A DNA stretch of 32,000 nucleotides. Source: Nanobdella aerobiophila (GTDB taxonomy: Archaea > Nanobdellota > Nanobdellia > Nanobdellales > Nanobdellaceae). Shown here one piece after another: positions 19,378 through 28,200 of this stretch. Each line of letters begins with the position of its first letter. Positions within the stretch are counted from its first letter, which is position 1. The notes beneath the pieces are model-generated. The model searched no databases and was not told the DNA's origin. It saw only the letters and a list, made by a program, of their open reading frames with translations. A program made the position numbers and the translations under genes. Location: positions 636,962-668,961 of the forward strand of contig NZ_AP019769.1 of the NCBI RefSeq assembly GCF_023169545.1, written 5' to 3'.

Positions 19378-20238
19378 TTATTTATAAGATAATAATGAAA
19401 AATAATCTACAACATTGATTTCTGACCCATTTATTTCTGAAGAACTTATATGGCTATATAAATCAAATTTTCTATCAAATAATTTATTATATTCTATGAA
19501 GATTATAAATGGATATTTTCCACAAAAAACAAGACTATTAGTGTTTTTATATATAAAATTAGAATCAAGATTAATAATTTTATTTATATAATAATTATCT
19601 TCATCTTTTATGTTCTCTGTAATATTTTTCTCATATTTTATATAACTGTATTCTGGACCGTGGTGCAATAGATTTCCAGTAAATAATACAAATATTTTCC
19701 TCCCCAACTCCTCTGAGATTTCTTTTAATACCTTGGCAAATTGCTGAGCCTTATCTATATCTATTTTCTTAACTAATATCGTTAATATCTTTATATCATT
19801 AAATAAATACCTTATTATTGGTAGATTTACTTGTACAGAATGTTCATATTTAAATGGCAGTGGATCTTCATATATATCAAAACTATTAATTAATTTTCTA
19901 CCAAATAATATATCTGTTTTTAATGTTCCTATACTTGTATACCAATCATCCAATAATAATGATAAGCTTATACCCAGATTACTATGATTTGGCCCTATGA
20001 TTACTAATGTATCGAAATTGAAATTCTCATATATATCTTTATATAAATTTATAGAATTTGGCAATAAATAATTGTAGTTTGAATGTGGGACTATACCTGA
20101 TATTATATCTTTTTCTTTCTTTATCTCTTTTGGTATATATCCAGGACCATATTTTTTATTTAAAAATGAATACTCTATTAATGAAAGCAAATCTGATCTA
20201 TCATTAGGATAAAAACCTCTTGAATTTATAAATATCAT
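19378..20238 (-). CDS. MEMO/AmmeMemoRadiSam system protein B-like
   Basis: RGFYPNDRSDLLSLI, GIVPHSNYNY, VIIGPNHSNLGISLSLLLDDWYTSIGTLKTD and EHSVQVNLPIIRYLF are MEMO-family signatures. Confidence 0.8.
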   Translation of the reverse strand: MIFINSRGFYPNDRSDLLSLIEYSFLNKKYGPGYIPKEIKKEKDIISGIVPHSNYNYLLPNSINLYKDIYENFNFDTLVIIGPNHSNLGISLSLLLDDWYTSIGTLKTDILFGRKLINSFDIYEDPLPFKYEHSVQVNLPIIRYLFNDIKILTILVKKIDIDKAQQFAKVLKEISEELGRKIFVLFTGNLLHHGPEYSYIKYEKNITENIKDEDNYYINKIINLDSNFIYKNTNSLVFCGKYPFIIFIEYNKLFDRKFDLYSHISSSEINGSEINVVDYFSLLSYK

Positions 20239-20289
20239 AAAAATCTATAGAAAAATTTATTTATTAATTTTTTTCTTTATCTTATTCTT

Positions 20290-21099
20290 ATGAAAATTGG
20301 TTTGGAGATACATCAGCAGATAAATACTAAAAACAAATTATTCTGTAATTGTAATACAGATCTAAAAGAAGATTATAAATATAGAATTGAAAGAAAATTA
20401 AGAGCTACTTTGAGCGAAACTGGAAAAAAAGATATAGCAGCAGAATATGAAACAATAAAAGATAAAAAATATATATATGAATATGATAAAGATTATGCTT
20501 GTTTAGTAGAATTGGATGAAGAGCCTCCAAAATATATAAATTTAGATGCATTAAAATTTGGAATATTAATTTCCACATATTTTAATATGTACATACCTAG
20601 AGTGTTACAAATTATGAGAAAAATTGTTGTAGACGGATCTAATACATCTGGTTTCCAGAGAACACTATTATTATCATTAGATGGAAAATTAAATTATAAA
20701 AATATAGGAATTGGAACTCTATGTATTGAAGAAGATGCAGCTAGAAAGATAGAAGAAAAAGATGATTATATAATATATAGGCTGGATAGATTAGGAATAC
20801 CATTAATAGAGATATCTACAGATCCCGATATAAAGGATCCAAAAGAAGCAAAAGAAGTAGCCGAATATATTGGATTAATATTAAGGCTATCTGGAAAAGT
20901 AAAAAGGGGTTTAGGAACGATAAGACAAGATCTAAATGTTTCAATAGAAGGAGGGAATAAGGTAGAGATAAAAGGTGTACAGAACTTAAAAATCATTGAT
21001 AAAATTGTAGACCTTGAAGCAAAAAGACAAGAAAAAATTTTAGAACTAATAAATATTGCTAAAGAAAGAGGCATAGAAGGATATGTATTAGAAGAATAG
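20290..21099 (+). CDS. gatE: Glutamyl-tRNA(Gln) amidotransferase subunit E, N-terminal portion only (truncated or split)
   Basis: KIGLEIHQQINTKNKLFCNC, TLSETGKKD, CLVELDEEPPKYIN, DGSNTSGFQRTLLLSLDG, CIEEDAARKI, YRLDRLGIPLIEISTDPDI, GLGTIRQDLNVSIEGGNKVEIKGVQNL. It ends after 269 aa; canonical GatE is roughly twice that length. Confidence 0.88.
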   Translation: MKIGLEIHQQINTKNKLFCNCNTDLKEDYKYRIERKLRATLSETGKKDIAAEYETIKDKKYIYEYDKDYACLVELDEEPPKYINLDALKFGILISTYFNMYIPRVLQIMRKIVVDGSNTSGFQRTLLLSLDGKLNYKNIGIGTLCIEEDAARKIEEKDDYIIYRLDRLGIPLIEISTDPDIKDPKEAKEVAEYIGLILRLSGKVKRGLGTIRQDLNVSIEGGNKVEIKGVQNLKIIDKIVDLEAKRQEKILELINIAKERGIEGYVLEE

Positions 21100-21131
21100 A
21101 CTTATATTTTTTAATAAATTTTATTTAAAAT

Positions 21132-21611
21132 ATGAAAAGTCAATTTGGTACTATAATAGTAGAGGTAATATTATTTATAGTAGCTGCTATAGCTGCATAT
21201 ATCTTTGTATCTACTGCTTATACAAATTTAAATGATATAAGTAATGCAGCAACCGCAAACTCAAAATCTTTGGAAAGTCAATTACAAACCTATATAACCA
21301 TAGATTCTTGCGCATATAATAGTTCTACAGATTTATTATATATATATTCAACCAATAGAGGAAATAATGTATTAAATCAAAACTTAACATTATTATTTAT
21401 TAATGGAGTTTTAATAAATAATACAATAATTACCATAGCAAATAGTAATACTGGTACAGCTGCATGGGGTCCTTATGATACTATATTAATAGAATCTAAT
21501 ATAACTCTTAATTCAAATTTTTATAATATAAAGCTAGTTACAGACACTGGTGCTTCTGCAGAAAATATAATATATGTAAATACAACAAGTAATATATGTA
21601 CAATAGAATGA
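21132..21611 (+). CDS. Archaeal type IV pilin/flagellin-like protein
   Basis: N-terminus MKSQFGTIIVEVILFIVAAIAAYIFVSTAYTNLNDIS resembles class III signal peptide plus hydrophobic helix, followed by a Thr/Asn-rich exterior. Confidence 0.65.
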   Translation: MKSQFGTIIVEVILFIVAAIAAYIFVSTAYTNLNDISNAATANSKSLESQLQTYITIDSCAYNSSTDLLYIYSTNRGNNVLNQNLTLLFINGVLINNTIITIANSNTGTAAWGPYDTILIESNITLNSNFYNIKLVTDTGASAENIIYVNTTSNICTIE

Positions 21612-22054
21612 GATCAGACTTAGGATCAATAATAGGAGCAATAATAGGATTTGTTATATTTTCATTATCTTTATTTGCTTTATATTTTATATTAAATAAC
21701 TCTTTTGCATCATATAAATATACTGCAAATTCTATAAATGAAGAAATAAGAAATATTATAGGAGAGAATATTGAATTTTTAGATAATCAAACTACATATA
21801 TAAATCCAAATATTACAATATATAATAATGGAAATAAGGCCTTAGATTTATCTTGTTTTCAATTATATGTAAATGGTTATTATACATCCTTTAATTATAG
21901 CATAAATTATTTATATCCATCAAATTTATTATTACCTGGAGAAAATGCTACCATATATTTTTCAAACAACTATATAGAGAATAATTCTTATAATTATATA
22001 ATATTTATGAGTTGTTATGGAGACAGGTTTCAAACTTTAATATATGTAAGTTGA
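21596..22054 (+). CDS. Pilin-like secreted/membrane-anchored protein
   Basis: MRSDLGSIIGAIIGFVIFSLSLFALYFILNNSF with an Asn/Tyr-rich ectodomain. Translationally overlaps the preceding gene; the real start may be the ATG at 21608. Confidence 0.6.
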   Translation: MYNRMRSDLGSIIGAIIGFVIFSLSLFALYFILNNSFASYKYTANSINEEIRNIIGENIEFLDNQTTYINPNITIYNNGNKALDLSCFQLYVNGYYTSFNYSINYLYPSNLLLPGENATIYFSNNYIENNSYNYIIFMSCYGDRFQTLIYVS

Positions 22055-22064
22055 TATATTTAAA

Positions 22065-24032
22065 ATGAGATTACAAGGAGAATCATTAGCGGTAATAATA
22101 TTATTCATTATTGGAGCTATATCAGCTTTTATGCTATATAATATATTAAGACCAAATTATAATTCTTTAACCCCCACTGGAGAATCTATCGCAAATTCAT
22201 TAAGTATTAATTTTCAATTATTAAATTATTATATAACAAATAATACTTTATTTGTATATGTAAAACCATCAGAACCTGTAAATGCATCTCAAGTATTTGC
22301 TATAGTAAATAATAACTCTGCTCTTGTATACCCATATAATTCAAATAATGATATTGTTAATCCAAATCAAAATCAATTATTGTTAATTGTTGATAATTTA
22401 TCTCAAACTTCTTTGGATCAAAATGGCAACTATAAGATAACCATAGGTTTATCAAATGATATAATAGGAATATTTAGTATTAAATATGAATCAAATCCTT
22501 TACAAAAATTCTTTCACCCTATAATAGAAAATAATATTACAAATATAATTAACAATGTAACGACAAACGTAAATAATTATTATGAATTAATATTATATAA
22601 TACGCAATCTATTCCAACTCCAGCACCATTTCAACAAGATATAGCTATATGTAATGGATCTACATCATTAGTACAGAATCCTTATTTTAGTATAGTTGGT
22701 AATGCATCTTCGACAGGTTCAACATCTGCCTCAGTAACATTACCTACAGGTGCTAATATTTATTTATGTAATGGAGGTGATGGAAATGGTGCTTTATCTT
22801 CATATTCCTGGACTGCTCAAGAAACAACACAAAATACTTATGCAAGTTTAGGATATCAAAGTTCTAATGTGTGTTCAGATTCTTCAGGATCTACTGATAT
22901 TGTAGTTGGAGGTGTTGCCATAAATACTAATGAATATGAAAATTTTGTTGGAACAACATTTAATGGTGTAAATTCTTTCTCTTATACATATAATGTAACT
23001 AATACATCTAATGTTGTCATTTCTGTTGCATGTGGATGGTATGCATGCACATCCGTAACATTACCTTCTGGATGCCAAAAGTTATTTGATACCATAGGAG
23101 GAGATACATATGAAACTACGGTAATGGGTGTATGTTATAATCAAACAGCAGGTAGTTATACAGTTTCTGGATCATTAAATGGAGGAGGCTATGTTTCTGT
23201 AGGTATATATGAATTTAGTACAATCCCTCCAAGGTTGAATACATCCCTATCTTATGTAAATAATATTACTTTATATAATGAAATAAATTCTAATGGATCT
23301 AATGTATACTTTTTTTCTAATCCTTCTAATCCTACAGGATCATTATTATATTCTTGGTACGAAGGACAAGAAAATACTAATGGAGTATCATGCGACATTT
23401 GGTGGGTAAATATTAGTAATGGAATACCTGCAAATAGTAATATAACAATATATATGGATATAGGAAATACAAGTACAAATTATTATTCACAATATTATCC
23501 ATATGTAGGTGTATCTTATAATGTTTTAGGAACATTTAATTATGATAATGGTAATTATGTATTTAATTATTATGAAAAATGGGGGAATTTAAGCTCTTTA
23601 CCAGTAGGGTGGAATAATTTAGATTCTGTAAGTGTATCTTTTAGCCAAAATTATACATCTTTTGTTCAAACAAGTTCTAATAACTATTGGTATGGTTTAT
23701 ATTATCCATTATCGAATTCTAATTTACAAAATAGACCTTTGTTATTATTATCATATTATTACTCCTATCCTAACGGAAATACAAACTATTTTGGAATCAC
23801 AAGCCAAACACCAGTAGTCAGTAATACAAATTATTATACATACTATGTAACACAAACATCCCCAGGTTATTATAATAGCTTGTTATATGTTTCTTCTGGA
23901 ACTGCTACAGATACAATAGGATATTTAGTATATGTCCCCGGCAGTATAACTGGTTCTTATTTTAATTTATATTGGACTGCTGTTGCTTCATATCCTCCTA
24001 ATGGAGTTATGCCTGAAGTCTTTATACAATAA
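22065..24032 (+). CDS. Surface protein: pilin-like N-terminus plus duplicated extracellular module (DUF2341-like part)
   Basis: MRLQGESLAVIILFIIGAISAFMLYN N-terminal helix. Aa ~178-650 are identical to ORF 25217-29179. The part SLLYSWYEGQENTNGVSCDIWWVNISNGIPANSNITIYMDIGN...FNYDNGNYVF resembles DUF2341-type domains. Confidence 0.7.
   Translation: MRLQGESLAVIILFIIGAISAFMLYNILRPNYNSLTPTGESIANSLSINFQLLNYYITNNTLFVYVKPSEPVNASQVFAIVNNNSALVYPYNSNNDIVNPNQNQLLLIVDNLSQTSLDQNGNYKITIGLSNDIIGIFSIKYESNPLQKFFHPIIENNITNIINNVTTNVNNYYELILYNTQSIPTPAPFQQDIAICNGSTSLVQNPYFSIVGNASSTGSTSASVTLPTGANIYLCNGGDGNGALSSYSWTAQETTQNTYASLGYQSSNVCSDSSGSTDIVVGGVAINTNEYENFVGTTFNGVNSFSYTYNVTNTSNVVISVACGWYACTSVTLPSGCQKLFDTIGGDTYETTVMGVCYNQTAGSYTVSGSLNGGGYVSVGIYEFSTIPPRLNTSLSYVNNITLYNEINSNGSNVYFFSNPSNPTGSLLYSWYEGQENTNGVSCDIWWVNISNGIPANSNITIYMDIGNTSTNYYSQYYPYVGVSYNVLGTFNYDNGNYVFNYYEKWGNLSSLPVGWNNLDSVSVSFSQNYTSFVQTSSNNYWYGLYYPLSNSNLQNRPLLLLSYYYSYPNGNTNYFGITSQTPVVSNTNYYTYYVTQTSPGYYNSLLYVSSGTATDTIGYLVYVPGSITGSYFNLYWTAVASYPPNGVMPEVFIQ
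22598..24013 (+). repeat. Direct repeat copy 1 (1,416 bp)
   Basis: Starts TAATACGCAATCTATTCCAACTCC and ends CCTAATGGAGTTATGCC. Constant 2,723-bp offset to copy 2, no indels, identical translation. Confidence 0.95.
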
Positions 24033-24059
24033 AAATATTTTTATTCATATTTTTATAAT

Positions 24060-24132
24060 GGTCCAGGTAGCCTAGCGGTAAGGCGTCGGGCTGTGGACCC
24101 GAAGATCGGGGGTTCAAATCCCCTCCTGGACC
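24060..24132 (+). tRNA. tRNA-His(GUG)
   Basis: GGTCCAGGTAGCCTAGCGGTAAGGCGTCGGGCTGTGGACCCGAAGATCGGGGGTTCAAATCCCCTCCTGGACC. Anticodon loop CTGTGGA, encoded G-1 paired with C73. Confidence 0.94.
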
Positions 24133-25050
24133 CTAATGCGTTTCCCAGCTAACTGAATATTCATAACCTAATAATTTTTTCATATAATTTTCTATAGAAA
24201 ATTTTTCCTTATTAGTAATCTTACATAGATTATGCGCTAATTTCAAAAATTTAGGATATTGAAAATCTTTATATATTTCTTCCTTTATAATTTCTTTTAA
24301 TTTATTTATATTTATATTATCTAAGCTTTCTAATCTATATATATGATCATTTACTCTGGCTCTAAAATATAATATATTTATGTTCCTATCAAATATATTA
24401 TCATTAATTTTAGACATTAAATACTCTTTCAAATTCTTTTTTACGATATCTGTATAAAATATTTGATTTGGATATATTTTCATTAGGGCAATCATATCTG
24501 ATCTTTCTAAATTATAAATATTCAAATTTAATATTCTTTTAGCTATAGCAATTATTTTTCCGTTATTTATTATATATTTAAAGTTATTCAAATATTCCTC
24601 TTTCCTTTTTTCTATAAGTTCATCGTATATTTTTGTATTAAATTTAGAAAATAATATTGAATCGGATATTATAGATCCATCAAAAAATATATAATTATCA
24701 ATATATTTTGAAGCTAATTTATATTCTAAATTTTTTGCAAATAATGAAGAAACGTCATTTATATCTATTGTATCATTATCCGTCTTAAAAAATATATTTG
24801 GTAATATTTCTATATCATCAATTTTTTCATATATATTATCCGAAACTATTACAGCTCTTGAATATATATAAGAAAAAGGACCTATAATTCCATTTATAAA
24901 TGAAGAATCTATAAAACCATAATTATTCTTATTAATATCTACATCATCTAGATCTAATAATTTTATATTATTTTTTATATAACTATAATCATCAATTTTT
25001 AATTTATTTATCTTTTCTTCTATATTTTTTATTAATTCTCCAGAAATCAT
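24133..25050 (-). CDS. NurA-like 5'-3' nuclease domain protein
   Basis: GFIDSSFINGIIGPFSYIYSRAVIVSD, YIFFDGSIISDSILF, KIIAIAKRI and the C-terminal part resemble the NurA fold motifs. No adjacent HerA. Confidence 0.6.
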   Translation of the reverse strand: MISGELIKNIEEKINKLKIDDYSYIKNNIKLLDLDDVDINKNNYGFIDSSFINGIIGPFSYIYSRAVIVSDNIYEKIDDIEILPNIFFKTDNDTIDINDVSSLFAKNLEYKLASKYIDNYIFFDGSIISDSILFSKFNTKIYDELIEKRKEEYLNNFKYIINNGKIIAIAKRILNLNIYNLERSDMIALMKIYPNQIFYTDIVKKNLKEYLMSKINDNIFDRNINILYFRARVNDHIYRLESLDNININKLKEIIKEEIYKDFQYPKFLKLAHNLCKITNKEKFSIENYMKKLLGYEYSVSWETH

Positions 25051-25085
25051 AATTATATATAATTATTTAATTATATAAAATATAT

Positions 25086-25140
25086 CCCTGTCTTAGACGA
25101 ACCAATAAGAAAATATGAATATTGGTATCGAAAGACAGGG
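25086..25140. promoter_or_regulatory. Long imperfect inverted repeat/hairpin in the divergent intergenic region
   Basis: CCCTGTCTT(25086-25094)/AAGACAGGG(25132-25140), CGA/TCG and ACCAATA/TATTGGT, with a 12-nt loop, a small internal loop and one bulge. 19 bp in total. Confidence 0.6.
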
Positions 25141-25216
25141 TACAGAATATAAACAATTTCGTTAATCCAAATTGATAATTAAACTTTTATATTAGCGGAA
25201 ATATTCCTAAGAATTT

Positions 25217-28200
25217 ATGACGATAAAATATAATATCCTTAAATATAGTATATTGTTATTTTCTATTGGATTTATAAGTTTGAGCATAAATTCTCAGAAT
25301 TATTATGCAGTAACATTAACTAATACGCAATCTATTCCAACTCCAGCACCATTTCAACAAGATATAGCTATATGTAATGGATCTACATCATTAGTACAGA
25401 ATCCTTATTTTAGTATAGTTGGTAATGCATCTTCGACAGGTTCAACATCTGCCTCAGTAACATTACCTACAGGTGCTAATATTTATTTATGTAATGGAGG
25501 TGATGGAAATGGTGCTTTATCTTCATATTCCTGGACTGCTCAAGAAACAACACAAAATACTTATGCAAGTTTAGGATATCAAAGTTCTAATGTGTGTTCA
25601 GATTCTTCAGGATCTACTGATATTGTAGTTGGAGGTGTTGCCATAAATACTAATGAATATGAAAATTTTGTTGGAACAACATTTAATGGTGTAAATTCTT
25701 TCTCTTATACATATAATGTAACTAATACATCTAATGTTGTCATTTCTGTTGCATGTGGATGGTATGCATGCACATCCGTAACATTACCTTCTGGATGCCA
25801 AAAGTTATTTGATACCATAGGAGGAGATACATATGAAACTACGGTAATGGGTGTATGTTATAATCAAACAGCAGGTAGTTATACAGTTTCTGGATCATTA
25901 AATGGAGGAGGCTATGTTTCTGTAGGTATATATGAATTTAGTACAATCCCTCCAAGGTTGAATACATCCCTATCTTATGTAAATAATATTACTTTATATA
26001 ATGAAATAAATTCTAATGGATCTAATGTATACTTTTTTTCTAATCCTTCTAATCCTACAGGATCATTATTATATTCTTGGTACGAAGGACAAGAAAATAC
26101 TAATGGAGTATCATGCGACATTTGGTGGGTAAATATTAGTAATGGAATACCTGCAAATAGTAATATAACAATATATATGGATATAGGAAATACAAGTACA
26201 AATTATTATTCACAATATTATCCATATGTAGGTGTATCTTATAATGTTTTAGGAACATTTAATTATGATAATGGTAATTATGTATTTAATTATTATGAAA
26301 AATGGGGGAATTTAAGCTCTTTACCAGTAGGGTGGAATAATTTAGATTCTGTAAGTGTATCTTTTAGCCAAAATTATACATCTTTTGTTCAAACAAGTTC
26401 TAATAACTATTGGTATGGTTTATATTATCCATTATCGAATTCTAATTTACAAAATAGACCTTTGTTATTATTATCATATTATTACTCCTATCCTAACGGA
26501 AATACAAACTATTTTGGAATCACAAGCCAAACACCAGTAGTCAGTAATACAAATTATTATACATACTATGTAACACAAACATCCCCAGGTTATTATAATA
26601 GCTTGTTATATGTTTCTTCTGGAACTGCTACAGATACAATAGGATATTTAGTATATGTCCCCGGCAGTATAACTGGTTCTTATTTTAATTTATATTGGAC
26701 TGCTGTTGCTTCATATCCTCCTAATGGAGTTATGCCATCTATAAATATTTTTTACGCCTCCCCGATATTAAACAGTTTAAATTTCAATCAGAGTATTGTA
26801 AATAGCTATCCTGGACAAAATGCAACAATAGAAGGAACCATATATATAAATAATCCATATAATATTGAAACAAGTATATCATTATCTTGTATTTCTTCGT
26901 CAACTGTTAACTGTTATATACCAAATTATTGTATAACAAACACCAATCAATGTAATTTTAACATAAATGCAAACTCTAATAATATAAGCAATTATTCTAT
27001 AGAAGTTTTAGGAAAAAACCAATTTTCTTCTGTACAAAACAATTTTACTCTAGAGATATTGTCAGCACCTATTAGTATAACAAATATATCTATTAGCCCA
27101 AACACAGAAACAATTGTATCTGGACAATCCCTAACATCAAATATAACAATATATCTAAATAATACATATCAAGGAAATACAATAATACATCTATCTTGTA
27201 ATTCTCCTTCCCCAAATATATATTGTAATATATATCCAAATATAATTACAACAAATAACAATATTACATATTCTGAATTATATATAAACACTTCAGAAAA
27301 TACAACTATGAACAATTACACAATAACAGTTACAGCAAGTAATAGTTATTCTAGTATAAATGGATACGAATATTTAACTGTATATCCATATCCTATTATA
27401 TATATCATATCTCCAAATAATAATACTATAAGTAATTATTATGGACTAAATTTAACATTCTATACAAATTATCCAAATGTAAATATAACAATTAATGGAA
27501 ATACATATAATATAAATGTAACTCCAGGAACAAATACCGTATATTTAAGATATAATAATTCATCAAATGGACTACCTTCATTATATAATATTATACCAAA
27601 TGGAGGAAATATTAGTATAGAATTAAATATAGAATCTCCAACAGGATTAACAAATAATACAGGAATATATAATTACCAACTACCTGCACCAATATTTAAT
27701 GTATCATATACATCTCCAACTCCAAGTAATGGATATATAAGTAATCTATGGTTATTACAAATATATGGAAATGTATATGATAATACAGAAGGTATAGATT
27801 ATTGTAATATACAATTCTTGAATCAATCAAATAATCAATGGGTAACTATATCTAGTTCTACAGAATGTAATGATGTATTTTATAATGGTTTATTACAAGA
27901 ATATTCTAAATATAATGGACAATATTATCAATTATATTATAGAATATATGGATATAATAATTATGGATTATATAATATAACTCCAGAACAAGTTATATAT
28001 TTCTCTCCTAATTCACAAAATATAACTGTAATAAATAATTCATTAACTAATAATCAAATAAATAATATAATACAAGGATCAATAAATAATAATATACCAA
28101 TTGTAGTATTCCCTCAAGGAATATATTTAGTTAATTTAAATATAAATCCACAAGGTAAAAATATAGAATTATTAGGATCTGGAAATGTACTATTTGAGCC

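Noticed and set aside
23632-23817. Identical 61-aa reverse ORFs at 23632-23817 and 26355-26540
   Set aside because: They are antisense shadows of the duplicated cassette. They are useful as a check of DNA identity but are not genes.
24060-24132. tRNA-His as an integration site with a duplicated 3' end
   Set aside because: I found no second copy of its 3' sequence (TTCAAATCCCCTCCTGGACC) and no integrase in the window. The CCCCTTCG end of tRNA-Leu is only shared tRNA consensus.
24133-25050. NurA-like gene as part of a HerA-NurA or defence module
   Set aside because: No HerA-like ATPase or other defence gene is adjacent; a housekeeping repair role is more likely.
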